From NCBI RefSeq assembly GCF_902652985.1, contig NC_047019.1, positions 14,318,097-14,382,096 on the forward strand: DNA of 64,000 nucleotides. Direction: 5' to 3'. The position numbers and the translations under genes are program-made. This DNA comes from Pecten maximus (lineage: Eukaryota). This document shows positions 1 through 13,400 of the stretch, piece after piece (the first letter of the stretch is position 1; each line of letters begins with the position of its first letter). The notes beneath the pieces were generated by a model. The model searched no databases and was not told where the DNA came from. It saw only the letters and a program-made list of their open reading frames with translations.

Positions 1-560
1 TTATATAGGGAAATCATATTTTTGACTATTATTTGGAATTCATTCTAACTTTCTTAACATAATCAGCTTGTGATGGCAGTTTGATGGTTTACACATGTTG
101 GCCCTGACTCTCAACCCCCCCCCCCCCCCCCCCCCCCTAATGGGTGGGGCTAAAAAGAGTCAAACAGACTGAAATTTCAAAGATCTTCTTCTCAAGACCC
201 GATTAAGACAGAATCAAATACTCTTCATAGGTGGAAGGGTCGTATAGTGCTTTACTAATGTAATGAACTTCATGACCCTGGGGTCACAAGTTCGCCCCTG
301 GGGAAGGGGTAGATTTTACTATAGTTTATATAGGGAAATCACATTTTTGACTATTATTTGTTTGATTTCTATCGGAATTCATTTGAACATTGTTAACATT
401 ATCAGCATTGGATGACAGCTTAATGGTATACAACTGTTGGCCCTGACTGACCAATAGGGTCTGAAGGGTGGGTTCCAAAAGGGTCAATTAAATTAACTGA
501 AATATTCAAATCTCAGGTGACTGTTAAGCCCCATGGGCCTCTTGTTTGTCAATTGACTTG
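1..560 (+). mobile_element. Partial (window-truncated) satellite-carrier element: about 1.5 copies of a ~330-360 bp internal tandem unit, ending in the family 3' terminus (caggtgactgttaagcc..gggcctcttgtt)
   Basis: Units restart at tatataggg (pos 2 and ~330); the same unit recurs at 40200-41590; the 3' tail matches 6560-6608, 28520-28560 and 41545-41585. Confidence 0.5.
116..137. repeat. poly(C) homopolymer of about 22 nt inside the satellite unit
   Basis: Run of C; the corresponding position in the other copies reads gacccccaggggc. Confidence 0.9.
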
Positions 561-639
561 TTGGTTAAGACACAACATCATATGAAATAAGTATGTCATG
601 ATTTTGAATCATGATGTTAATCTGATTAAAATACAGGTC

Positions 640-760
640 ACAGTTGGTCAAAAGGTGATTAGCCTATAAGCTAGGTAATTGCAGTTTAACAACAATTTCA
701 AACTATTGATAAAATCATTTCTGGTAAAACTAACATAACATTTAAGGAAACTATGGGCAT
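640..760 (+). repeat. Dispersed repeat module (ggtgattagcct ... gtttaacaacaat ... ttgataaaat ... ggtaaaactaac)
   Basis: Related copies at 6740-6960 (minus) and 57410-57560 (minus). Confidence 0.4.
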
Positions 761-1318
761 CACAAGTTTTTCCTACTTGCCTATTTTAAGGACACTGGCA
801 CTGTGGTTTTGAAGAAAAGGACAAATGAGATTTTCACTGATTATGGGATTACGCTAATCACCATTTGAAAACCTGGACCCAGATGATCTTTATATCATAA
901 GCTGCTTCTTAACGTGGTGGCTAAGACGATCTGTATTTCCAAGAATTTCTGCTAGAGACCTCTTGTTGTAAGATACAGGTGGTCTTTAGGTCAGACTGAA
1001 CTGTGTTATATGTTCATTATACATTGTATCAATTAACATGCAGACACAAAAATTTCTATTAACAGTACATTATTTCCACAGAAATACATTGACTTAAATA
1101 AATATTGAAATCTGTTGAAATTTTTTAAAAGTGTGTCTTTTTCAACTTTTTGACACTGTAAATGTGATTCTGTATCAAATTCTGTGATCACGTCAACTAA
1201 CACAGAATTTTGTATTGGGATGTTGAGAAATCCACAAAATATGATAAGAGGAAATTAGAAAACTTCTGTTTCCCAAAAATTTTCAGCTAAATTTGAATTT
1301 AAACCTGTTATGTTTTAG

Positions 1319-1506
1319 GACGGCATCTTCGAATATGAATCAATGGATGAGGAAATGATGAACCGTATAATGAATACAACGTATGTGGACTGTTGTTTAC
1401 CTCACAAGTCTGAAGAAGAAGAAGAAGAAGAAGAAGAAGGAGAAGAAGAAGAAGAAGAAGAAGAAGAAGAAGAAGGAGGAGAAGAAGAAGAAGAAGATAA
1501 AGATGA
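1319..1506 (+). CDS. Putative exon of the plus-strand host gene: DGIFEYESMDEEMMNRIMNTTYVDCCLPHKS followed by a poly-Glu tract
   Basis: ttttag acceptor at 1311-1318, GTAAGT donor at 1507; only one open frame; the coding GAA microsatellite gives a poly-E run; phase does not join directly to the next exon I found. Confidence 0.4.
1412..1494 (+). repeat. (GAA)n microsatellite inside the coding exon
   Basis: Perfect GAA triplet run with GGA interruptions. Confidence 0.9.
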
Positions 1507-2312
1507 GTAAGTCTAGCTGAAAATTTTCTGAATCAAATTATTTATATTATAAAACTAGATATCAAATAAGACAGTTAAATTGCTTTAACACTTTGAAAAA
1601 CACTTGAGATACAGGTTGTGTTTAATTTACAAGAAATGCTATAAGAACTCGGATACTATTTCCAAGGTATTGTTACTGTTCTATGTCCCATGGGTTTCTT
1701 TATAAAGTGAATTTCTATAAATATACACATATATAAAAGACTGCTATATAAAGCATTATTTTTTTTAAAGATATATGGCAGCCCCTGTACAAGTAAAGAA
1801 GCTGGAACCTGAATTGTTTACTATGCCGTTGAAGATGCAGAGTGCAACTGTGAGTTTATATGAATATCTAAATTTCACACTCTGGCCACCAATTAATACT
1901 GATTTATGTTTTAACATGGATTGGCATTCAATCAACTTGTTATTTATTAAAAAAATTTGTTAAAAAAATTGTTATTTGCAAGATTGTGTTCATGTTGACA
2001 ATACATAAAAATCTGATGGCTGTATGATAATGCTTAATTTATGCTTTTGAATTTTCTTATTACAATAAAACTTGCCTAATATGACCCCATAGGGTGAGTG
2101 ACCGTTTTGGTCACATTAGACAGGTTGTCAGAAAAGTCAAAGTTTTATGCTTTGAGAAAAAGCAGAATTTCACAGGAATATACATACAGTGTCAGATTTA
2201 GCAGGGTGTTGGAAAAGTCAGATGTCGTATTAGACAGATTTTACTGTATTAGAATAAACTATATATAGGATGTATACCAACATAAAAGTTTTCTAGATCA
2301 TATAATAGTAGA

Positions 2313-5300
2313 TATAACAATGTGTCCATTTCTCAGTTTCTGATGGACTATGTACTAGATATGACTGCGTGTCCATTTGTCAGACTCTGATGGACTATGA
2401 ACTAGATATGACTGCGTGTCCATTTGTCAGACTCTGATGGACTATGTACTAGATATGACTGCGTGTCCATTTGTCAGACTGATGGACTATGTACTAGATA
2501 TGACTGCGTGTCCATTTGTCAGACTCTGATGGACTATGTACTAGATATGACTGCGTGTCCATTTGTCAGACTCTGATGGACTATGTACTAGATATGACTG
2601 CGTGTCCATTTGTCAGACTCTGATGGACTATGTACTAGATATGACTGCGTGTCCATTTGTCAGACTCTGATGGACTATGTACTAGATATGACTGCGTGTC
2701 CATTTGTCAGACTCTGATGGACTATGTACTAGATATGACTGCGTGTCCATTTGTCAGACTCTGATGGACTATGTACTAGATATGACTGTGTCCATTTGTC
2801 AGACTGATGGACTATGTACTAGATATGACTGCGTGTCCATTTGTCAGACTGATGGACTATATACTAGATATGACTGCGTGTCCATTTGTCAGACTGATGG
2901 ACTATATACTAGATATGACTGTGTGTCCATTTGTCAGACTGATGGACTATATACTAGATATGACTGCGTGTCCATTTGTCAGACTCTGATGGACTATGTA
3001 CTAGATATGACTGTGTCCATTTGTCAGACTCTGATGGACTATGTACTAGATATAAGTGTGTGTCCATTTGTCAGACTGATGGACTATGTACTAGATATGA
3101 CTATGTCCATTTGTCAGACTGATGGACTATATACTAGATATGACTGTGTGTCCATTTGTCAGACTCTGATGGACTATGTACTAGATATGACTGTGTCCAT
3201 TTGTCAGACTGATGGACTATGTACTAGATATGACTGTCCATTTGTCAGACTTTGATGGACTATGTACTAGATATGACTGTGTGTCCATTTGTCAGACTCT
3301 GATGGACTATGTACTAGATATGACTGTCCATTTGTCAGACTCTGATGGACTATGTACTAGATATGACTGTCCATTTGTCAGACTTTGATGGACTATGTAC
3401 TAGATATGACTGCGTGTCCATTTGTCAGACTGATGGACTATATACTAGATATGACTGCGTGTCCATTTGTCAGACTGATGGACTATGTACTAGATATGAC
3501 TGCGTGTCCATTTGTCAGACTCTGATGGACTATGTACTAGATATGACTGCGTGTCCATTTGTCAGACTCTGATGGACTATGTACTAGATATGACTGCGTG
3601 TCCATTTGTCAGACTCTGATGGACTATGTACTAGATATGACTGTGTCCATTTGTCAGACTGATGGACTATGTACTAGATATGACTATGTCCATTTGTCAG
3701 ACTGATGGACTATATACTAGATATGACTGTGTGTCCATTTGTCAGACTCTGATGGACTATGTACTAGATATGACTGTGTCCATTTGTCAGACTGATGGAC
3801 TATGTACTCGATATGACTGTCCATTTGTCAGACTTTGATGGACTATGTACTAGATATGACTGTGTGTCCATTTCTTTGAGACTCTGATGGACTATATACT
3901 AGATATGACTGTGTGTCCATTTGTCAGACTGATGGACTATGTACTAGATATGACAGTGTGTCCATTTGTCAGACTGATGGACTATGTACTAGATATGACC
4001 GTGTCCATTTGTCAGACTGATGGACTATATACTAGATATGACTGCGTGTCCATTTGTCAGACTGATGGACTATATACTAGATATGACTGTGTGTCCATTT
4101 GTCAGACTGATGGACTATATACTAGATATGACTGCGTGTCCATTTGTCAGACTCTGATGGACTATGTACTAGATATAAGTGTGTGTCCATTTGTCAGACT
4201 GATGGACTATGTACTAGATATGACTATGTCCATTTGTCAGACTGATGGACTATGTACTAGATATGACTGTGTGTCCATTTGTCAGACTTTGATGGACTAT
4301 GTACTAGATATGACTGTGTGTCCATTTGTTTGAGACTCTGATGGACTATATACTAGATATGACTGTGTGTCCATTTGTTTGAGACTCTGATGGACTATGT
4401 ACTAGATATGACTGCGTGTCCATTTGTCAGACTCTGATGGACTATGTACTAGATATGACTGTGTCCATTTGTCAGACTCTGATGGACTATGTACTAGATA
4501 TGACTGTGTGTCCATTTGTCAGACTGATGGACTATATACTAGATATGACTGTGTGTCCATTTGTCAGACTCTGATGGACTATGTACTAGATATGACTGTA
4601 TGTCCAGTTGTCAGACTCTGATGGACTATGAACTAGATATGACTGTCCAATTGTCAGACTGATGGACTATGTACTAGATATGACTGTGTCCATTTGTCAG
4701 ACTGATGGACTATGAACTAGATATGACTGTCCATTTGTCAGACTGTTGGACTATGTACTAGATATGACTGTGTCCATTTGTCAGACTGATGGACTATGTA
4801 CTAGATATGACTGTGTGTCCATTTGTCAGACTCTGATGGACTATGTACTAGATATGACTGTGTCCATTTGTCAGACTGTTGGACTATGTACTAGATATGA
4901 CTGTGTGTCCATTTGTCAGACTGTTGGACTATGTACTAGATATGACTGTGTCCATTTGTCAGACTCTGATGGACTATGTACTAGATATGACTGTGTCCAT
5001 TTGTCAGACTGATGGACTATGTACTAGGTATGACTGTGTCCATTTGTCAGACTCTGATGGACTATATACTAGATATGACTGTGTCCATTTGTCAGACTGA
5101 TGGACTATGTACTAGATATGACTATGTGTCCATTTGTCAGACTGTTGGACTATGTACTAGATATGACTGCGTGTCCATTTGTCAGACTCTGATGGACTAT
5201 GTACTAGATATGACTGTGTGTCCATTTGTCAGACTCTGATGGACTATGTACTAGATATGAGTATGTGTCCATTTGTCAGACTGATGGACTATGTACTAGA

Positions 5301-5395
5301 TATGACTGTGTCCATTTGTCAGACTTTGATGGACTATATACTAGATATGACTGTGTGTCCATTTGTCAGACTCTGATGGACTATGTACTAGGTAT
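2313..5395. repeat. Intronic minisatellite, unit 43-47 bp (gtgtccatttgtcagactctgatggactatgtactagatatgactgc), about 68 copies
   Basis: Regular tandem periodicity with ct and gc indel variants. Confidence 0.95.
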
Positions 5396-5498
5396 AACAT
5401 AATTTAATATATCAACTGTTAAATCATTTCATATGAGTTGGCCAGTTTGAAACATCAAATTCCATTCAAAAAATGAACGTGTTGGTGTCATGTTGCAG

Positions 5499-5599
5499 TA
5501 TGAAGAATATGCAGAACCTTGTGATATGTATGGGGATGTTGATATGGAAGTGGAACAATCAGAAGCTGCTCAAGCTGAAATTGAAATATCATATGCTAT
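5499..5599 (+). CDS. Host gene exon: YEEYAEPCDMYGDVDMEVEQSEAAQAEIEISYA
   Basis: tgttgcag acceptor, GTAAGT donor at 5600; phase-consistent with downstream exons. Confidence 0.55.
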
Positions 5600-6188
5600 G
5601 TAAGTGTTCTGTATCATATGGTATGTAATAATTCTGTAATACATGACAGGTAAGTGCTCTGTATTACATGACAGGTAAGTGTTCTGTATTACATGCTAGG
5701 TAAGTGTTCTATATATCATGCTAGGTGAGTGTTCTGTATAACATGCTAGGTACATGTAAGTGTTCTGTATTACATACCAGGTAAGTGTTCTGTATTACAT
5801 GCTAGGTAACTAAGTGTTCTGTATTACATGCTAGGTAACTAAGTGTTCTGTATTACATGCTATGTAAGTGTTTTATAATACATGCTAGGTAAGTGTTCTG
5901 TATTACAAACCAGGAAAGTGTTCTATAAGTGTTCTGTATTACATGCTAGGTAAGTGTTCTATATTACATGCTAGATAAGTGTTCTGTATTACATGCTAGG
6001 TAAGTGTTCTATATTACATGCTAGATAAGTGTTCTATAAGTGTTCTGTATTACATGCTAGGTAAGTGTTCTATATTACATGCTAGATAAGTGTTCTGTAT
6101 TACATGCTTGGTAAGTGTTCTATATTACATGCTAGGTAAGTGTTCTATATATCATGCTAGGTAAGTGTTCTGTATTACATGCTAGGTT
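5600..6188. repeat. 25-bp minisatellite (gtaagtgttctgtattacatgctag), about 23 copies, starting exactly at the exon donor
   Basis: Every unit carries the GTAAGT donor consensus and ends in AG. Confidence 0.9.
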
Positions 6189-6214
6189 ATCGCTATACTT
6201 CTCAGATAGTTCTT

Positions 6215-6610
6215 GATGGATCTTTGTCAGAAGGACCAAGGTGAGCTTATGCCATACTGTGGCATCCGTTGTCCGTCCGTCAACAATTAACTTCTTCTTC
6301 ATAACCACAGATGGGAATTTGACGAAATTTGGTCAAAAGCATCCCTATGGGTTGGGACTCAAAATTGTACAAATGGTGGGGCTGACCCCACAGGGACTTA
6401 GGGACGGGGCCAAACAGGGTCAATTTGGCTAAATTGATATAAACAACTTCTTCTCTGAAACTAAGCAGTGGATATCACTCATATTCACCTAGTAGCACCC
6501 CCTTGTGGTAGGGATTCAAAATTGTACAAATGGTGAGGCTGAGGGGCGTCATTCTTGTTTCATATTCTCATGAAACCAGGTGAGCGATACAGGCCCTTTG
6601 GGCCTCTTGT
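6215..6610 (+). mobile_element. Satellite-carrier family member with about 2 internal ~170-bp units
   Basis: 5' ggtgagcttatgcc..tccgttgtccgtccgtcaacaatt..cttcttcttcataacc; 3' aaccaggtgagcgatacaggccctttgggcctcttgtt; homologous to 26990-28562. Confidence 0.5.
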
Positions 6611-7169
6611 TCTTTTCAATCAATTTCAAAAATAGAGAAATGTTAAGAGAAGCTGGGAATAAGGAGTTTTGCGTGCTCTCAGTAATTTCTGATCGTTCAA
6701 TGGGCACCAAGATCCATTTGGGATCTGGGCCCAGTCGTTCAGAAGGTGATCAGCCTAATCACTGAATTAGTGAAAGTCTCATTTCTCCTTTAATTAAGAC
6801 CTTCTATGTGCATATTCCTTGAAATAGGCAGAAATAAAATGACTGAGGAGTGTTATATTTTCATAAACATTTTTGTCAAGTTAGTTTTACCAGAAACAAT
6901 TTTATCAAGATTTTAGAATTGTTGTTAAACTGTTGTTAGCCTATTCAACTTTTTAACAACTGGCCTCTGTTTTCAACAGAGGTATTGTGAGTACTTCAGT
7001 TCATCATCACACTAACCACTAATAATACCTAAGATTTGTTATTAACAAATCAATAGGTCTACTGTTAACAGTTTATAGATTTGCATTATAGTTCGGTTAA
7101 ATCATTGACAAGGTGACAGAACTTTTTATGATAAACAATAAATATTTATAAATGATACTTTTTTTCCAG

Positions 7170-7248
7170 AAGTTTGAATGTTGATGCTAGAAAGGAATTA
7201 AAAGAGCAGAAAAGTGAGCCTTTAACTTCATCATTAATGCGAGCCATG
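7170..7248 (+). CDS. Host gene exon: SLNVDARKELKEQKSEPLTSSLMRAM
   Basis: tttttccag acceptor, GTAAGT donor at 7249; phase 1 in, phase 0 out, matching the flanking exons. Confidence 0.55.
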
Positions 7249-7553
7249 GTAAGTTTATATTAATTTACATTTTACATTTCAGTTTCAAATTCACTCTATG
7301 TTACTCTGCATGGTCCCTTTATTGATCATTGATACTAACAAGATGGCTTTTAGATTGATCATCAAATCTGAACTGCACACCCTTTAATATTCAGACCTGT
7401 TTGTGTGAGTTGTGCCAGCATTTGTTTTTAAAAAGTTTTTGTCTACCAGTAATCTTGGCTAGAAAATTCCCAGCGTTCTCTTGATTTTGATATAATCATC
7501 ACACTTTAAAGTACACATGTTTTGCTGTATAGAATAAGATGCCGGGGTAAACA

Positions 7554-8454
7554 CAAATGTAATGGGTGTACAAAAATGTAATGGGTATACGAAAATGTAA
7601 TGGGTATACGAAAATGTAATGGATATACGAGAAATGTAATGGGTATACAAAAATGTAATGGGTATACAAAAATGTAATGGTTATACGAAAATGTAATGGA
7701 TATACGAGAAATGTAATGGATATACAGAAATGTAATGGGTATACAAAAACGTAATTATACAAAAATGTAATGGGTGTACAAAAATGTAATGGGTATACGA
7801 AAATGTAATGGGTGTACAAAAATGTAATGGTATACAAAAATGTAATGGGTATACGAAAATGTAATGGGTATACGAGAAATGTAATGGGTATACAAAAATG
7901 TAATTATACAAAAATGTAATGGATATACGAGAAATGTAATGGTTATACAAAAATGTAATTATACAAAAATGTAATGGGTATACAATGTAATGGATATAAA
8001 AAAATGTAATGGTATACAAAAATGTAATGGATATACAGAAATGTAATGGGTATACGAAAATGTAATGGATATACGAGAAATGTAATGGATATACAAAAAT
8101 GTAATGGTATACAAAAATGTAATGGGTATACAGAAATGTAATGGGTATACAAAAATGTAATTATACAAAAATGTAATGGGTATACAAAAATGTAATGGAT
8201 ATACGAGAAATGTAATGGATATAAAAAAATGTAATTATACAAATATGTAATGGGTATACAAAAATGTAATGGGTATACGAAAATGTAATGGATATACAGA
8301 AATGTAATTGGTATACAAAAATGTAGTTATACAAAAATGTAATGGGTATACGAAAATGTAATGGATATACGAGAAATGTAATGGATATACAAAAATGTAA
8401 TGGGTATACAAAAATGTAATGGATATACAGAAATGTAATGGGTATACAAAAATG
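7554..8454. repeat. 19-21-bp minisatellite (aaatgtaatgggtatacra)
   Basis: Tandem units; the same array resumes at 16098-16215 on the far side of the LINE+satellite insertion. Confidence 0.9.
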
Positions 8455-8865
8455 TTCCGAGAGGATTACTACCTTGCCGTGGTCCGGAAGCTTGAGTGTT
8501 TCAATGAAACTTTGGGCTTTGCTGGCCAGAGCGTTATAAGTTCTTGTTAGGTCAAACCATGCCAGAGAGGTCAAAGTTGAGGAACCAGACCAAAAGTAAT
8601 CTAACCCAGTAGCTCAATTTTGAGCCAAACCATTTGCCGTGGTTTGCGTCCCGTAAATCCGGGGAAGAAGGTCCTGGTGGTTGAGTAATTTGGATGTTGA
8701 TTATAAATCATGCCAGTCTGCAACACACGACTTTGGCTTCAAACTCGGACTAGACGGGTGGCAATATGGTCCCTGTATTTTCAATCGGCTGGAGAACCAA
8801 ACTGCTGCTTTCTCTTTCGAGTATACTATTTTATGTAACCCTGACACTTTCGACACTGGAAACCC

Positions 8866-10251
8866 GTGCTAACAAAAGTGTCCCCTAGTTGGGCTCCGTG
8901 GTGGGTGGGGACAAAAATAGTGAACAACTTCTACATACATATGGGTACAAACGATCAAAATGACACAAAACGCAAAGGCGAGTCATCAAACACAACAGAC
9001 ACAGCACAAACAAAAACAATACCTAGTCAAACCTCACAAGCAAAAACTATACCAAATCAAACCCAAACTTCGATCAAAACTACATCTGGAACTGGAGCCT
9101 CTCCGCTGTTCCCTCACTTCCTAACCATGTCCTCCAGAGATAAGGGCAAGAAAACTTCCGAGTTATCACCCATCCTGTTGAGGAAGGGAATTCAGGGAAT
9201 AGCGGGTGAGGTAAAATCCATCAAGCCAATGAGATCTGGTATTCTCCTCATTGAGGTTTACCGCCGTCAACAGGCGATGAACCTCATGGGTACTTCCAGT
9301 TTTGCCGGTCTCAATGTCGAGGTGAAGCCCCATGCTTCACTGAATTCTTCAAAAAGTATAATCAGGTGCCCCGCATTGAACAACGACTCCGAGGCCGACA
9401 TACTGGAGTACTTCCAACATGTTGAGAACATCCATGTTTCGGAGGTTAGGCGGATCCGCTCCAGACGCAATGGTCAAACAATCAACACAAATACATTCAT
9501 TCTCACGTTCGGAGTGCCGCAGCTACCTCAGACGGTAACAATAGGTTACCAGAGGTACGGTGTCTCCGCCTACATCCCCAACCCTCTGCGATGCCGTAAC
9601 TGTCAAAAGTACGGACATCACGAGGACAGATGTGGACGGAACACTGTCTGCGAACACTGCGGACGTGAAGGCCACACAGACAACGACCAATGCAACATTG
9701 TTGGCAAGCGTTGTATAAACTGCCAGGGTGACCATGCGGCCTCATCTCGAGACTGTCCTGCCTGGAAGAAGGAGAGGGAGATCCTCCGGTTGAAATATAC
9801 CGAGAATATTTCCTTTCCTGAAGCCAGGAGGATTGTCGAGAGTAAGGACAGCACAAACCCCACGTTTGCCACAATTGTCAAACAGTCGACAGCACGTACC
9901 ATCTCGGTGAAGGATACCTCTATCCAAGCATTTGAGGACCAGTCTGCCTGGGGTCCAGATGCTCCCGAGATGGCAAACCTACCAAAATACAAACACTTAA
10001 TTGGGAGAGCCTCACGCTGGAGTGCCACCCCCAAACCTCCAGAGCCATCAAAACCCATACAACTCGCACCACCATCAATCGTACCATCGCCATCGAATAC
10101 AAAAACAATCGTAAACGAACGGAAATCTAAGACAGGTGCCGACCACCATAGACAACGAACTCTGTCACAGCCGTCGGTCGACACCTCCAGAATTACCAAG
10201 CGACCTAGCTGCCACTACACCCCCTCAAGATCAAAGAACACCAAAATCTAG
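8866..10251 (+). CDS. LINE ORF1, gag-like nucleic-acid-binding protein with 3 CCHC zinc knuckles
   Basis: CRNCQKYGHHEDRC, CEHCGREGHTDNDQC, CINCQGDHAASSRDC; the true start may be the internal Met near 8944. Confidence 0.8.
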   Translation: MLTKVSPSWAPWWVGTKIVNNFYIHMGTNDQNDTKRKGESSNTTDTAQTKTIPSQTSQAKTIPNQTQTSIKTTSGTGASPLFPHFLTMSSRDKGKKTSELSPILLRKGIQGIAGEVKSIKPMRSGILLIEVYRRQQAMNLMGTSSFAGLNVEVKPHASLNSSKSIIRCPALNNDSEADILEYFQHVENIHVSEVRRIRSRRNGQTINTNTFILTFGVPQLPQTVTIGYQRYGVSAYIPNPLRCRNCQKYGHHEDRCGRNTVCEHCGREGHTDNDQCNIVGKRCINCQGDHAASSRDCPAWKKEREILRLKYTENISFPEARRIVESKDSTNPTFATIVKQSTARTISVKDTSIQAFEDQSAWGPDAPEMANLPKYKHLIGRASRWSATPKPPEPSKPIQLAPPSIVPSPSNTKTIVNERKSKTGADHHRQRTLSQPSVDTSRITKRPSCHYTPSRSKNTKI

Positions 10252-10443
10252 GGTACGGATCAATAGGCATCCCTCCCTAAACAACAAACCGGCCAAGGGT
10301 TCAGATGACCCTATCCTTGGCTACAACAGGTATGGCGTTCTTATGGACGACAGTGAACAGCATATAACCAACGTTGCTGTTACTAGACAGCCTATACCAG
10401 GCATCCCTGTCAGTCCGAAGAACGACCAGCATGAACCAGGATA

Positions 10444-13400
10444 ATGGCCAATAATAGCAACACGATCATACAATGGAATATACGCGGACTACGGGCAAAT
10501 ATAGAAGAGTTTCAAAATTTATCTAAAGAGTTTAGACCTGCCTTATTTTGCCTACAGGAGGTCATGTTAAAAAAGCCAATTACCCTTAGAAATTTCTCGC
10601 TTTATAATAGCACCACAGCTATAGGAATCAAAGCAGCAGGAGGCGCAGCTGTAGCTGTCAATAAGAATATTCCTCACAGAATGATCACGTTAAACACAAA
10701 TTTACAGGCTGTCGCTGTATGTGCAACTTTACACAGACAAGTAACTGTCTGTTCAATTTATCTTCCTCCAAGTGTTGCTTTCACTAGTGAGCAACTGAAT
10801 AACCTCGTCTCTCAACTCCCAACACCATACATAATTCTCGGAGATTTTAATGGGCATAACAGCCTGTGGGGCTCTCCGAACACAGACGAGAGAGGAAGAC
10901 GTATTGAGGAATTTATAGATAAAAACAACTTGTGCCTGTTTAACAATAACACCCCAACATATTTACACCCTGCTACAGGCTCTTGTAACCACATAGACCT
11001 ATCACTATGCCACCAATCCATTTTTCTCGATTATGACTGGAAGGTTAATAATGATTTATGTGGGAGTGACCACTTCCCTATTTTTCTAAATAATATTGGG
11101 ACTCCTCTTGATAAACCACTTCCTCGATGGAATATGCACAAAGCGGATTGGGTCCAATTCCAACACATGTGCAACGAGGAGCTTACTGTAGAAAAACTAA
11201 CTAACCTTGATGGTTCATTTAAAACATTCACCAAAACTCTTACTTCTATTGGCGAAAAAACTATACCAAAGTCCGTTCCAAAACCTACAAAGTTTCTTCT
11301 ATCTGAAGAATCTTTTATTAATAGATCCGGCCGAAAGGCAGCTCTAAGACGATTTTTGACTTCCCCAACTGTTGAAAATTACAATAATTTTAAAATTTGG
11401 AGGGCAAAGGCTCGACGATCTATCAAATCCGATAAAAAGAATAGCTGGAAGGAATACGTTTCTAAAATATCTTCAAACACATCATCTTAAAAGGTATGGG
11501 ATCAATTGCGAAAAATAAGTGGAAAAAGAAAAACGGCACCATCATCCCACCTTATCAATAAAAAGCAAATTTTCTCTTCTATATCAGAAATTGCAAATGC
11601 ATTCGCCAAAAATATAGCCCAAAACTCATCGGCCAAAAACCACTCCCAAAAATTCCAACGATTTAAAAAAGAGAAAGAAAAGAAACGTCTTAATTTTAAA
11701 TCCTCCAACACAGAAAGTTACAATAAACCATTTGATCTCCCAGAGTTGCTTGAATCCTTAAACAAATCACAAGATTCGGCAGCTGGGCCAGATGAAATTC
11801 CGTACCAATTCCTAAAACATCTACCGGAATCATCTTTACGTTGTCTCCTTTATATTTTTAATCAAGTCTACGAATCAGGAAAGATCCCAGATTCTTGGAA
11901 GGAATCTACAATTATTCCAATTCCAAAACCTGGTAAGGACACCACTGAACCAAATAATTATCGTCCAATCTCTCTAACGAGCTGCATATGCAAAACACTT
12001 GAACGGATGATAAACACTAGACTAGTTTGGTTCCTTGAATCTAATAATATTTTGAGTCCACTCCAAAGTGGATTCAGAAACCGCAGAGGAACGGTAGACC
12101 ATCTGGTCAGGTTAGAAACCTTCATTCGAGAAGCTTTCGCGAAGAAGGAGCATCTAGTCGCTGTGTTCTTTGATCTGGAGAAAGCATACGATACTACATG
12201 GCAATATGGTATTATGAAAGACCTGCATGAAATTGGTGTACGTGGGAATCTCCCAAAATTCATCGCAAACTACATATCTGACAGACATTTTAAAGTTCGC
12301 GTAGGTTCAACTTATTCTGAAACAGCCAAACAGGAAATGGGAGTCCCTCAGGGTGGAATCCTTTCCGTAACACTTTTCGGCCTGAAAATCAACAGTATAA
12401 CTAAATGTCTCGGTAAGTCAACTGAAGGGTCTCTCTTCGTTGATGACTTCTTGATCTGCTATAGGTCAAAGAACATGCACACGATAGAACGACAACTTCA
12501 ACAATGTCTAGGCAAACTACAAACATGGGCAGATGAAAACGGCTTCAAATTCTCCAGATCAAAAACTGTCTGCATGCACTTCTGCCAAAAACGAAAACCA
12601 CATAATGATCCAGATCTAACATTAAATGGTATCAAAATTCCAGTTGTCGAGCAGACTAAATTCCTCGGACTAATTTTCGATTCGAAACTCTCCTTTGTTC
12701 CACATATAAAATACTTGAAAGATAAGTGCTCAAAGGCAATGAACATTTTACGAGTACTATCCCATACTGACTGGGGCGCAGACCGTGAAATGCTTCTGCG
12801 CCTTTATAGGACGCTTATTCGATCAAAACTCGACTATGGCTCCATCGTTTATGGATCTGCACGAAATTCTTACCTGCAGATGCTAGATCCTGTCCAAAAC
12901 CAAGGATTACGTCTGGTACTTGGTGCTTTTCGAACAACACCTGTGCAGAGCCTTTATGTAGAGGCAAATGAACCATCCTTAAATGACAGAAGGAAAAACC
13001 TTTCTCTTCAATATGCCGCCCAATTGAAATCCAACCCGAAAAACCCAGCTTTTGACCTTGTTGTCAATCCGCAATACCAAAACATATTTACTCAAAACCA
13101 AAAACTCATACCAACATTTGGCATTAGAATTTCTAACTTTCTTCAGGAACTTATCATAAGTTTAGACAACATAGGCAAGTACACCGTAACTGATGTACCG
13201 CCATGGCTTGTCAAAACACCTGATATTAACCTTACTCTACATGAGAGGGCAAAGTCGAGTGTATTACCCCAAGAGCACAAATCTTCCTTTCGGGAATGCA
13301 TTAAAGATTTTCACGTTCAGATCTTCACTGATGGCTCAAAAGATGGAGTAAAGGTCTCCGCAGCATGCTATTCCGATCGCCATTGCTCTTCAATCCGCTT

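Noticed and set aside
2704-5376. Track ORFs up to 183 aa (TRYDCVSICQT... repeats) inside the 43-47-bp minisatellite
   Set aside because: The repeat unit length is a multiple of 3 in places, which gives spurious open frames. They lie in an intron of the host gene and the protein is a low-complexity echo of the repeat.
7459-8574. Minus-strand ORFs (YTHYIFVYPLHF...) across the 19-21-bp minisatellite
   Set aside because: Periodicity artifact. The ORFs shift frame wherever a 20-bp unit occurs.
10136-10444. 102-aa ORF overlapping the ORF1-ORF2 junction in another frame
   Set aside because: A typical out-of-frame overlap in the LINE inter-ORF spacer, with no motifs.
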